DNA of 35,920 nucleotides from IMG/VR virus record IMGVR_UViG_3300026831_000002, positions 1-35,920 of that record. The stretch is one strand, 5' to 3'. Shown here piece by piece: positions 8,587-17,102 of this stretch. The stretch comes from a virus (Duplodnaviria > Caudoviricetes). The stretch's first letter is position 1. Each line of letters opens with the position of its first letter. The position numbers and the translations under genes were made by a program. Below the pieces are notes generated by a model that saw only the letters and a program-made list of their open reading frames with translations, did not search any database and had not been told where the DNA came from.

Positions 8587-10224
8587 GTATCTGAACAAAC
8601 TAAAAACTTAATAGCTAAACTCAAACAATCAGACCTAACCAAATTTGATAATCTTAATCTCCTATTTGAGATTTGTTTGAATATATTATCCGAAGATCAA
8701 GAACTGGCGTTAAAAACCGCTAAATTTGTGAAACATCATGCTGCTCTGACAGCAAGTAACCCGAAGTTTTTCGAACTGTATAACCGATCTCTTCTATTCT
8801 TGGCTCCGTATTATTTGGATGAATATATTCTGTATATGGAGAAAGACCGGGCTCCAGAAAAGAGATTCTACCTACCAAGGCGAAAAGTATTAAAGACAGT
8901 TGTAGATGATTTGCAAGATTTAGAGGATAGAGAGATTGATTTTTATGGTTTATCTCTCCCTCCACGTGTTGGAAAGTCTACAATTTGTATTTTCTTTCTT
9001 TCATGGGTGATTGGTAAACGTCCCAATAGTCATAATGCAATGGGTGGACATAGTGGAATTTTGGCAAAAGGATTTTATGGAGAGTTGCTCACGCTTATCA
9101 ATTCACCGGATTACCATTTTGCAGAAATATTTCCAACCTCCAAGCTAGAATCAAAGTCAGCGGATGAGTTTACTGTCAACCTGGACAAGCCTGATCGCTT
9201 CGCTTCATTTACCGCCAGAGGTATAGACGGTACATGGACAGGTGCAATAGATATATCAAAAGATGGATATTTATATGTCGACGACCTTGTTCGTGACCGT
9301 ACAGAGTCATTAAGTCCAGTCAGATTAAATAATAGATATCAAGATTACCTAAATGTCATGGTTGACCGTAAAAACGATGGTTCAAGGGAATTAATGGTCG
9401 GCACAAGATGGTCAATACAGGACCCGCTTGGAAAAATTGAAGAAGAAAAGAAAAATAATCCACGATACCGCTTCAGAAAGATTCCGGCTTTAAATGAAAA
9501 GAATGAAAGTAACTTTCAGTATGATTATGGAGTCGGATTCTCAACTAAGTACTTTCTGGATGTTAAAGAACGACTTGATAACAATGAATGGATGGCGAAA
9601 TATCAACAGAAGCCATTTATTAGAGAAGGATTATTGTTTCCTGAGGATGAACTTAAAACATACAATGGAGTATTACCGGAAGTTGGACTTGTTAGAAAAA
9701 TTGCAGTATGTGACGTTGCTTTTGGCGGTGGAGATTCGCTTTCAATGCCATTCGCGTATGAGTACGAAGACGGAAAGGTTTATTTGCCAGATTGGATTTT
9801 TAACCGCGGAGATAAAAAGATTACCGTTCCGATAGTAGCTGGAAAAACTTTGTATCACAAACCAAGTCAAGAACATTTTGAAGCAAACAATGGCGGTGAT
9901 ATGTATGCCAACTTAGTCGATGAGGAATTGAAGAAAGTCGGTTTTAAAACAAATATATCAAGTAGCAAAGCACCTAATACAATTAGTAAGATGGCAAAAA
10001 TAATTCAGTATGCGCCAGATATAAAAGAGAGATTTTACTTTTTGGACGAGCAACATCGCTCTGGAGAATATCAAGAAGGTTTTGAAGAATTAACAATTAC
10101 GGTCCAGGTTGGAAAAAATGAACATGATGATGCTGCTGATTCAATGGCGCAACTTGCAGCGTTTCTTGACGGCGGTTTTTCTGTTAAAACAACAATTATA
10201 GATAGAAGTCAATTGGGAATATAG
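8584..10224 (+). CDS. terL: Terminase large subunit
   Basis: PPRVGKS Walker A, YLYVDD Walker B, GTRW, CDVAFGGGD nuclease motif, HDDAADS. Confidence 0.93.
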   Translation: MVSEQTKNLIAKLKQSDLTKFDNLNLLFEICLNILSEDQELALKTAKFVKHHAALTASNPKFFELYNRSLLFLAPYYLDEYILYMEKDRAPEKRFYLPRRKVLKTVVDDLQDLEDREIDFYGLSLPPRVGKSTICIFFLSWVIGKRPNSHNAMGGHSGILAKGFYGELLTLINSPDYHFAEIFPTSKLESKSADEFTVNLDKPDRFASFTARGIDGTWTGAIDISKDGYLYVDDLVRDRTESLSPVRLNNRYQDYLNVMVDRKNDGSRELMVGTRWSIQDPLGKIEEEKKNNPRYRFRKIPALNEKNESNFQYDYGVGFSTKYFLDVKERLDNNEWMAKYQQKPFIREGLLFPEDELKTYNGVLPEVGLVRKIAVCDVAFGGGDSLSMPFAYEYEDGKVYLPDWIFNRGDKKITVPIVAGKTLYHKPSQEHFEANNGGDMYANLVDEELKKVGFKTNISSSKAPNTISKMAKIIQYAPDIKERFYFLDEQHRSGEYQEGFEELTITVQVGKNEHDDAADSMAQLAAFLDGGFSVKTTIIDRSQLGI

Positions 10225-10234
10225 GAGGTGTTAT

Positions 10235-10669
10235 ATGGTAACGCGTGAAAATTTATCTGATCTTACATATCTGCAACAGGCTATCGAAGACTTACAATCA
10301 AAAATAAAATATCTAGAATCCCATCCTCCGCTTACTCAATACGGAAAGGTTTACGGCTCTGACAGCAATTTTCCTTATACTATCCGTAGTTTTAATATAG
10401 AAGGATACAATGGTTTAAACGAAGATGCATGGTTAAAACGCCGCAGAAAATTAGAAGAAAGTTTGAAAAATAAATTGTGTGAATATGAAAAAAAACGTAT
10501 TGAAATTGAGGAATTTATTAATAATATTCCAGATATGACAACGCGACTTATGTTTTCATACCTGTATGTTAATGGAATGAAGCAAGAAGAAGTTGCTCAA
10601 AAGTTGCATTTTGATAGAAGCACTGTTTCTAAACGAATATCTAGTTATTTTGATTGTATAAAACGGTAG
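10235..10669 (+). CDS. Late transcriptional activator (ArpU/RinA-like, sigma region-4-type HTH)
   Basis: IEEFINNIPD...YLYVNGMKQEEVAQKLHFDRSTVSKRI. Confidence 0.75.
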   Translation: MVTRENLSDLTYLQQAIEDLQSKIKYLESHPPLTQYGKVYGSDSNFPYTIRSFNIEGYNGLNEDAWLKRRRKLEESLKNKLCEYEKKRIEIEEFINNIPDMTTRLMFSYLYVNGMKQEEVAQKLHFDRSTVSKRISSYFDCIKR

Positions 10670-10671
10670 CT

Positions 10672-10704
10672 TTCACCCCATTCACAAAAATATCGTGGTA
10701 CAAT
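10672..10704 (+). promoter_or_regulatory. Probable activator-dependent late promoter
   Basis: Tandem TTCAC (10672, 10681) in place of a -35, plus extended -10 TGGTACAAT (10696-10704), right after the activator gene. Confidence 0.6.
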
Positions 10705-10764
10705 AAGTATAACAAGAAGTGTAAACAAGCACACCTCATTCATTTTATATCTTTCCTTTCGCAG

Positions 10765-10810
10765 AAACAGCCGTCTTATCTGATGATTTGATGGCTGTTT
10801 TATTTTATTT
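10765..10810 (+). terminator. Intrinsic terminator/attenuator in the late leader
   Basis: AAACAGCCGTC...GATGGCTGTTT followed by TATTTTATTT. Confidence 0.75.
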
Positions 10811-10829
10811 CAGAAATTAGGTGAATATT

Positions 10830-11066
10830 ATGCAAAACTATTTTGATTTCAGATGCAAACAATGCAATAAACTACTCGGTCGCGTTACCGGAGATTCGGA
10901 AATAGCCTGTCCGCGTTGCGGTGGCTTAAATCAGCTTAAGTTTGCCAGTAAGGGCATTACTTATAGTCCAAAGCTGAAAAAGCCTCAGAATGGTCAAAGC
11001 ACCGAGTATAAATCACAATTAGATAGAATATCAAAGAGAACTTCTTCCGGTGTTACGTTCCGGTAA
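10830..11066 (+). CDS. com: Com-family zinc-finger regulator (Mu Com-like)
   Basis: FRCKQCNKLL...EIACPRC matches Mu Com as recalled (IRCKNCNKLL...EIRCPRC); ATG 10830 behind AGGTGA. Confidence 0.8.
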   Translation: MQNYFDFRCKQCNKLLGRVTGDSEIACPRCGGLNQLKFASKGITYSPKLKKPQNGQSTEYKSQLDRISKRTSSGVTFR

Positions 11067-11085
11067 GTGGTTCTTTTATTTTGTT
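11033..11085 (+). terminator. Terminator-like hairpin over the com stop
   Basis: AAGAGAACTTCTTCCGG...CCGGTAAGTGGTTCTTTT plus T-rich tail. Confidence 0.5.
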
Positions 11086-11123
11086 ATCAATCGGATGCTT
11101 ATTTACGGCATGTCTGAAAGCAG

Positions 11124-12698
11124 GTGGTTCCACTGGAAGATTATTATAAGGGTCGGGCAAAAATTTATACCGACGAAAAGCAAATAAATTATAAAAATGT
11201 CATATCGGTTCTGAACGATGCCTTAATATATCATCAAAAGAATTCGGAGCAAATCAGGTTTTTACTGAATTATGAAAAAGGTATTCAGCCAATCCTTGAC
11301 CGTACAAAGAATATTCGATCTGATATTAATGAGAAAGTGGCTATCAACAATGCCTCCAAGATCACTGATTTCAAGATTGCATATGAATTCGGTAATCCAA
11401 TTACATACATTCAAAGGTCTAAGAAGCAAGTACCGGAATCTGATTCCGATAAAGACGACACCAGAATAACCGCACTGAATGAAATGCTATTTGAGGAAAG
11501 TAAATCCTCTAAAGATGTTGAACTGGCTCGGTACTTTAAAATTTGTGGCATCGGATACCGAATGATTAAGGCAAAGCCGAAAGTTTACGGTAAATCGGTT
11601 TTTGATATTATCACACTCAACCCAGCAACGACGTTCATCGTATATTCCAATGACATTTATCAACATCCTATGATGGCAGTTACATATTGTCCGCAGAAAG
11701 ACGGTAATACGGTTTATGGATGTTATACAGATGATACTTATTTTGAAATAGATAATGGTACAAAAATAATTAATGGAACTGATATTAAAACCGATCCTAA
11801 ATGGTCTATTACAAATGGTAAAGGCGTAGCAAATATTCCGGCAATTATTCCAATTGTTGAATATGTAAACGACCATGACCGAATGGGATGTTTTGAAAAG
11901 GTTATCCCGATTATTGATGCGATTAATGTTGTTAATTCAGATAGAGTTAATTCAATTGCTCAATCTGTTCAAAATGTAGTATGGATGAATAATTGCGAAC
12001 TTCCAGAAGGAGTAACAAAGCTTTCATCTGATGGCGTATTGCAAACCAAAAGTCCGCAAGGCGTACAAGCAAGCGTCCAATACCTTGACAGCAAAATCGA
12101 TCAGTCAAGTACTCAATCGCTTGATGATGCGCTGATGTCTCAGCTGATGGAAATTGCAGGCGTTCCGCAGCGTCAAGAAAATTCCGGTGGAGGTTCAACT
12201 GGTTCAGCTATGAACTTGTCGAGCGGTTGGCAGTTTGCCGAAACTATGGCCTTGGAAACAGAAAGTATTTTTGAACAGTCAGAACGGCAATCAATCCGAA
12301 TTATGTTGGAGATCATTAAAAAGTCTACTGATATATCAGAAGAGTTTGCAGATATCGTAAATTTGAATATTTCAGATATAATGATACGTTTCAGTCGTAA
12401 CAAGATTTATGACATGGCTACGAAGTGTAATGCGTTGTCGACACTGATAAAAACAGGGGTTGACCCTAAACACGCAATCGAAACCGTTTCATTGTTTACC
12501 AATCCGCAGGCAGTATATACGGATAGTAAGGATTCAATGGAGAAAATTCAAAAATTACTCACTCAACCAAAGCAGACAGCATCAGCCGGAAATAAAGACC
12601 CTGTCAGCAATAGCCTTGACGGCAATGGTTCTAATCCAGATAAAATCTTACCAGATATGTCGGATCAACCGCAGAAATCACCACAAAGTCAAATATGA
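11124..12698 (+). CDS. Portal protein (SPP1 gp6-like); exact start uncertain
   Basis: 524 aa; NNASKITDFKIAYEFGNPITY, IPIVEYVN, GCFEKVIPIIDAIN; position before scaffold and capsid. Confidence 0.9.
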   Translation: MVPLEDYYKGRAKIYTDEKQINYKNVISVLNDALIYHQKNSEQIRFLLNYEKGIQPILDRTKNIRSDINEKVAINNASKITDFKIAYEFGNPITYIQRSKKQVPESDSDKDDTRITALNEMLFEESKSSKDVELARYFKICGIGYRMIKAKPKVYGKSVFDIITLNPATTFIVYSNDIYQHPMMAVTYCPQKDGNTVYGCYTDDTYFEIDNGTKIINGTDIKTDPKWSITNGKGVANIPAIIPIVEYVNDHDRMGCFEKVIPIIDAINVVNSDRVNSIAQSVQNVVWMNNCELPEGVTKLSSDGVLQTKSPQGVQASVQYLDSKIDQSSTQSLDDALMSQLMEIAGVPQRQENSGGGSTGSAMNLSSGWQFAETMALETESIFEQSERQSIRIMLEIIKKSTDISEEFADIVNLNISDIMIRFSRNKIYDMATKCNALSTLIKTGVDPKHAIETVSLFTNPQAVYTDSKDSMEKIQKLLTQPKQTASAGNKDPVSNSLDGNGSNPDKILPDMSDQPQKSPQSQI

Positions 12699-12710
12699 TA
12701 CCAATAAACT

Positions 12711-12745
12711 AGACAGTCGATAAAATTCGGCTGTCTTTTCTTTAT
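12711..12745 (+). terminator. Terminator after portal
   Basis: AGACAGTCGA-TAAAAT-TCGGCTGTCT followed by TTTCTTT. Confidence 0.75.
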
Positions 12746-12824
12746 GTTTTACCGGAGAGAACCGGATAAACGCATTTGAAAATTTAGATTGACAGAGAAG
12801 TCATTAAAACGCAGGAGGTCAACA

Positions 12825-13406
12825 ATGAAAGATTTAAACAAGTCGATTCTACCATATAATTTGCAGTTTTTCGCAGAAAACCCGGAGCCAACACCTGCGC
12901 CGGAGCCAACTCCCGAACCTACTCCAGATCCAACACCTACGCCGGATCCAACTCCTGAACCGCAATTATCAGCAGAAGAACAACTTGCAAAAGTATTGGC
13001 AGAAAACAAGCGACTTAAAGCAGCAACCGACAAGGCTACATCAGAGGCTGCCAACTATAAGAAACAGTATCGTGCAACTCTCACGGAAAAAGAACAGCTT
13101 GATATTGAACGAGCAGAACGCGAGGCGCAGCGTGAAACAAGAATCAAAGAGCTTGAACGCGAAAGTTCAATTAACAAGATGGCAAAGAGTTTTATAGCCA
13201 TGGGATACACCGAAGAAAACGCTGTCAAAGCAAGTGAAGCGCAACTTGATGGTGATTTTGACGAGTTCACACGCATTCAACAGTCTTTCTTGACAGCAAG
13301 GGATAAACAGAAAGAATCCGAGTGGATGAAAAACGCACCTACTCCACCGGCTGGAAACAAAGAAAACATAGAAGACCCGTTTCTTAAAGGGTTTAATTCA
13401 AAATAA
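12825..13406 (+). CDS. Capsid scaffolding protein
   Basis: ATG 12825 behind GGAGG; NLQFFAE motif, Pro/Thr linker, coiled coil, DPFLKGF C-terminus; precedes the capsid gene. Confidence 0.85.
   Translation: MKDLNKSILPYNLQFFAENPEPTPAPEPTPEPTPDPTPTPDPTPEPQLSAEEQLAKVLAENKRLKAATDKATSEAANYKKQYRATLTEKEQLDIERAEREAQRETRIKELERESSINKMAKSFIAMGYTEENAVKASEAQLDGDFDEFTRIQQSFLTARDKQKESEWMKNAPTPPAGNKENIEDPFLKGFNSK
12882..12962 (+). repeat. 12-bp-period Pro-Glu/Asp-Pro-Thr coding repeat
   Basis: Encodes PEPTPAPEPTPEPTPDPTPTPDPTPEP. Confidence 0.85.
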
Positions 13407-13423
13407 TCTAGGAGGATGATTAT

Positions 13424-14479
13424 ATGTCAACAAATTATGCAGAGAAATATAGTTCCAACGTGGACGAGAGATTTACTCTTGGCTCATTTACAAACAGTTT
13501 GGTAAATGGTGAATATGACTGGATCGGTGTTGAAACCGTTAAGGTTTATTCCATTCCTACAGTCGGCATGAACGACTACTCTTTGAGTGGTACAAGCCGT
13601 TACGGTACACCGTCAGAGTTAGGTAACGAAGTACAGGAAATGAAGGTTGCCAAGGACCGTTCCTTTACTTTTACCATTGACCGCAAGTCTTATGACGACA
13701 CTCAGATGACAATGGAAGCTGGCAAAGCGCTCAGCAGACAGCTTAACGAAGTTGTTATCCCAGAAGTTGACGCATATCGTATCGCTGCTCTTGTAGCTGG
13801 ATCAAAAGTAGATCATATCGTTTCCGGTTCTGTTGATAAGACAACTGCTTATGCAGCATTCTTAAGCGTGCAGGAAATTCTTGATGATGCAAAGGTTCCG
13901 ACTGCTGGACGTATCTGTATTTGCAAGTCTAAGTTCCATAATTTAATCAAACAGGACGAAGCCTTCACAAAGAAAGGCGACATGGCAACCACTATCGCGA
14001 TCAATGGTATGGTTGGCGAGGTTGACGGAGTTCCGGTTGTTAAGGTTCCGGCTTCTTACTTCCCTTCAAACGTTGATTTCGTTATTACAAATCCGATCGC
14101 TATGCCTTCGCCTGTTAAGTTACAGGAATACAAAATTCACACTGACGCGCCTGGTATCAGTGGTTGGTTAGTTGAAGGTCGTATCCGTTACGATGCATTC
14201 GTACTGAATGAAAAAGCTGTTGCAATCGGTGTTCATATTGCAAAGACCTTATCATCTATTGCAATCACAACCGCACCGACTAAGACATCTTATACATCTG
14301 GTCAGGCATTTGATCCGGCTGGTATGGTTGTTACCGCTACATACTCTGACAGCACAACAGCCGCTGTAACCGGTTATACCTTCTCTCCTGCTACACTTAC
14401 CGCATCCGGTAATGTAACTATTACATACAAAGAGAATGGTGTTACCAAGACTGCTACACAGGCCGTTACTGTAGCGTAA
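13424..14479 (+). CDS. Major capsid protein with in-frame C-terminal Ig-like domain
   Basis: Position and capsid-like motifs (DRSFTFTID, VIPEVDAY, GWLVEGRIRYDAFVL); tail LSSIAITTAPTKTSY...FDPAGMVVTATYSD is a bacterial Ig-like domain. Confidence 0.9.
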   Translation: MSTNYAEKYSSNVDERFTLGSFTNSLVNGEYDWIGVETVKVYSIPTVGMNDYSLSGTSRYGTPSELGNEVQEMKVAKDRSFTFTIDRKSYDDTQMTMEAGKALSRQLNEVVIPEVDAYRIAALVAGSKVDHIVSGSVDKTTAYAAFLSVQEILDDAKVPTAGRICICKSKFHNLIKQDEAFTKKGDMATTIAINGMVGEVDGVPVVKVPASYFPSNVDFVITNPIAMPSPVKLQEYKIHTDAPGISGWLVEGRIRYDAFVLNEKAVAIGVHIAKTLSSIAITTAPTKTSYTSGQAFDPAGMVVTATYSDSTTAAVTGYTFSPATLTASGNVTITYKENGVTKTATQAVTVA

Positions 14480-14493
14480 TTAAATAAATAATC

Positions 14494-14531
14494 GTCGCGT
14501 CGGCTTCAATCGTGAGGTCGGCGCGACCTTT
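14494..14531 (+). terminator. Long GC-rich hairpin after the capsid gene
   Basis: GTCGCGTCGGCTTCA-ATCG-TGAGGTCGGCGCGAC; short U tail. Confidence 0.65.
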
Positions 14532-14549
14532 AGAATATGAGGTGAAATC

Positions 14550-14879
14550 ATGCCAATGTTTATTAAAAATGGTCTTGTGATGGAAGTCAGTGATGTATGT
14601 GCGAACTTATTCTATAAGCAGGGATGGGAGCCATATGTTGAAATTATCACGGAAAACGCAACGATGGACACTCAGCCTGACAGTAAGATTTTTCCCGATA
14701 ATACCGTCAAGGCCGATACCATTTCAGATACGCCAGAAACTACTAAATTAAGCCGCCGGGAAGTCATGAGAATGACAAAGGATGCATTGTCGTCTACAGC
14801 AAAAGAGCGTGGTTATACGATAATCTCTGATAAACGTACCGACATGATTGAAGAATTTTTGAAACAGCAAGGCGAGTAA
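14550..14879 (+). CDS. Hypothetical head-region protein, possible HeH/Rho-N-like C-terminus
   Basis: SD GAGGTG; MTKDALSSTAKERG...KRTDMIEEF. Confidence 0.6.
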   Translation: MPMFIKNGLVMEVSDVCANLFYKQGWEPYVEIITENATMDTQPDSKIFPDNTVKADTISDTPETTKLSRREVMRMTKDALSSTAKERGYTIISDKRTDMIEEFLKQQGE

Positions 14880-14893
14880 CAGGAGGTGTTCTT

Positions 14894-15238
14894 ATGGATG
14901 AATTATTATCCAATCTCAAAATATATTTAGGAGCCGATTATGATGAATCCAAAGATGGTAATAAACTCTCAATCATGCTGAACCAGGCTCTTGCAAAGGT
15001 TGTGAATAAACGTTATCCATTTGGATCCACCGAAGCGCAGAAAACAACTGTTTTGACAGCGTATTCCGATGTTGTGTTTGATGTGGCCTTATTTATGTAC
15101 AACATGCAAGGTGCCGAGGGCGAAAAATCACATTCAGAAAATGGTGTAAATCGCTCCTATCAATCCATAGATGATTTACTTACCGGAATCGTTCCGGTTG
15201 CAAAATTTACAAGTGCGGATGCAACAGTAACCGTATAG
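14894..15238 (+). CDS. Head-tail adaptor
   Basis: YNMQGAEGEKSHSENGVNRSY motif; position. Confidence 0.85.
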   Translation: MDELLSNLKIYLGADYDESKDGNKLSIMLNQALAKVVNKRYPFGSTEAQKTTVLTAYSDVVFDVALFMYNMQGAEGEKSHSENGVNRSYQSIDDLLTGIVPVAKFTSADATVTV

Positions 15239-15252
15239 AAAGTTGGTGAACG

Positions 15253-16023
15253 ATGAACTGTATCAAGATAGAACTTCCAAGAGAACTCAAAATGATTGAA
15301 CTTCATACGCTTGCTGACTTACATATGGGTGACGCACATTGTGACTATGAAGAGATTCGCCGTCAAGTAAAGGCTATAGAGTCTAATCCTAACGCTTTCG
15401 CTATTTTAAACGGAGATTTAATGAATAATGCAACTAAAACATCAGTATCCGACTGTTACGCAGAACAATTAACACCTATGCAACAGATAAGTAGAACTGT
15501 TGAGGTTTTAAATCCTATTAAAGATAAGATTCTTGCTATGGAAAGTGGAAATCACGAAAAGAGAACTTACAACAAAGAGGGTATAGACTTATCTGAAATA
15601 GTCGCAAGAGAACTTGGAATCGCTGATAAATATTCCAAGTCGGGAAATTTAATTTTTGTGCGTTTTGGTTGGGATAAGCAGCATCAAAGAAAACAGTGTT
15701 ATGTTGTTTATGCGAATCATGGATCTGGTGGAGGCCGTAAAGAGGGTGCAAAGGCAATTCGTCTTGCAGACATGGCTTCTATAGTAGATGCAGATGTGTA
15801 TATTCACTCTCACACTCATTTGCCTATGATAATGAAACAGGGCTTTTACCGGGTGAGTCCTTCTAATAGCTGTATATGTAATGTGACAAAGTTATTCGTC
15901 AATACCTCTTCTGCCTTGGATTATGGCGGTTACGGAGAAGTATACGAGTTTAAACCAAATAGTAAAGACACGCCAATTATTTACCTTGATGGCACAAGAA
16001 AGAAAGCCGATGCAAGGTTGTAA
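15253..16023 (+). CDS. Calcineurin-like metallophosphoesterase
   Basis: DLH.GD, GDL, GNHE, H, HTH motif set. Confidence 0.88.
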   Translation: MNCIKIELPRELKMIELHTLADLHMGDAHCDYEEIRRQVKAIESNPNAFAILNGDLMNNATKTSVSDCYAEQLTPMQQISRTVEVLNPIKDKILAMESGNHEKRTYNKEGIDLSEIVARELGIADKYSKSGNLIFVRFGWDKQHQRKQCYVVYANHGSGGGRKEGAKAIRLADMASIVDADVYIHSHTHLPMIMKQGFYRVSPSNSCICNVTKLFVNTSSALDYGGYGEVYEFKPNSKDTPIIYLDGTRKKADARL

Positions 16024-16042
16024 ATCTTAAGGAGGAACGTCT

Positions 16043-16639
16043 ATGTTAAAAGATAGTGGAGAACGTCGAGAATTTGAAAGTGGGGCTGTCAGAGATATAT
16101 CAGAGGGAAAAGGCAGATGCGATTTACTTCCGCTTGAAGCCATTGGAACTCATTTAGAGGATAACATTTTAATATCCATAGACAAATACATAAGAAGCGG
16201 TGATATAGAATTTTTATGGTTTGCAATTGAGCAGTTTTCAACCAATCATTTTACTGATTTATATACCGGTCTTCTAGAAGTATCTAAACAGTATCAAGAA
16301 GGTGCGAAAAAATATGCAGACAGGAACTGGGAAAAAGGAATGCCGGTTCACTGTTACATTGACAGCGGTGTTCGTCATTATCTGAAAGTACTTAGAGGCG
16401 ATACTGATGAACCGCACGACAGAGCGTTTATTTGGAATATGCTTGGTGCAATATGGACCCATACAAATAAACCGGAATTGATTGATTTACCATTTGTTGA
16501 TAATTCAAAATCAAACTCATTTGTTCATGATAAAAAGTTTTCTGACGATGCATTACCGCGACTTTCTCATTTCGAATTTGGCACACACAACCACGGCTCT
16601 GTTCTTTCGATTAATCACAAGGCGGTGCCTAATGAATGA
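16043..16639 (+). CDS. dATP/dGTP diphosphohydrolase-domain protein (DUF5664-like)
   Basis: GAVRD..GKGRCDLLP; GAKKYADRNWEKG...DSGVRH...DEPH. Confidence 0.8.
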   Translation: MLKDSGERREFESGAVRDISEGKGRCDLLPLEAIGTHLEDNILISIDKYIRSGDIEFLWFAIEQFSTNHFTDLYTGLLEVSKQYQEGAKKYADRNWEKGMPVHCYIDSGVRHYLKVLRGDTDEPHDRAFIWNMLGAIWTHTNKPELIDLPFVDNSKSNSFVHDKKFSDDALPRLSHFEFGTHNHGSVLSINHKAVPNE

Positions 16640-16958
16640 TTATAAAATATATGCTGTGGATTTTGATGGTACTCTTGCGAAAACAAAATATCCAGTGATT
16701 ATCAAGCCAATCAAGCGCATTATACGCCTCGTGAAGCGATTAAAACGCAAAGGCAATAAGATAATCCTCTGGACTTGTAGAAGCGGTGAGAATCTCGATA
16801 ATGCTGTCAAGTGGTGTACTGAACAAGGTATAGTGTTTGATGCAGTCAACGAGAATTTACCGGAAGAAATTGCACGATGGAATACTGACCCTCGCAAAAT
16901 CGGAGCTGACTATTTCATTGATGATAAAAACAAATTTATATTTGGACTAATACGATAA
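16632..16958 (+). CDS. Minimal HAD-superfamily hydrolase
   Basis: AVDFDGTL, LWTCR, K..ADYFIDDK; start moved to ATG 16632, overlapping the previous gene's end. Confidence 0.85.
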   Translation: MNDYKIYAVDFDGTLAKTKYPVIIKPIKRIIRLVKRLKRKGNKIILWTCRSGENLDNAVKWCTEQGIVFDAVNENLPEEIARWNTDPRKIGADYFIDDKNKFIFGLIR

Positions 16959-17102
16959 CTACCTTGACAGCAAGGGTTGTAAGGCTGAAATAAGCCATTG
17001 TTTAGATACGCATAAGTGTTTCTACATAAAATGAAATTTAAGCCGCGTATGAGGTTCATGCACGATTAAAAATAATAAATAGAAAGATAGTGAGGTAGAA
17101 AG

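Noticed and set aside
10645-10743. Minus-strand 32-aa hydrophobic peptide MNEVCLFTLLVILIVPRYF... as a type I toxin
   Set aside because: Its SD and ATG are the complement of the CU-rich leader, and it overlaps the late promoter and the activator stop. No promoter was seen. Not excluded, but unsupported.
12749-13276. Antisense and alternative-frame ORFs in the track (e.g. 12749-13054, and many others inside long genes)
   Set aside because: Shadows of well-supported genes, without SD or recognisable motifs.
16043-16639. 2-aminoadenine (Z-genome) pathway
   Set aside because: No PurZ-like synthetase or DNA polymerase is visible in the window.
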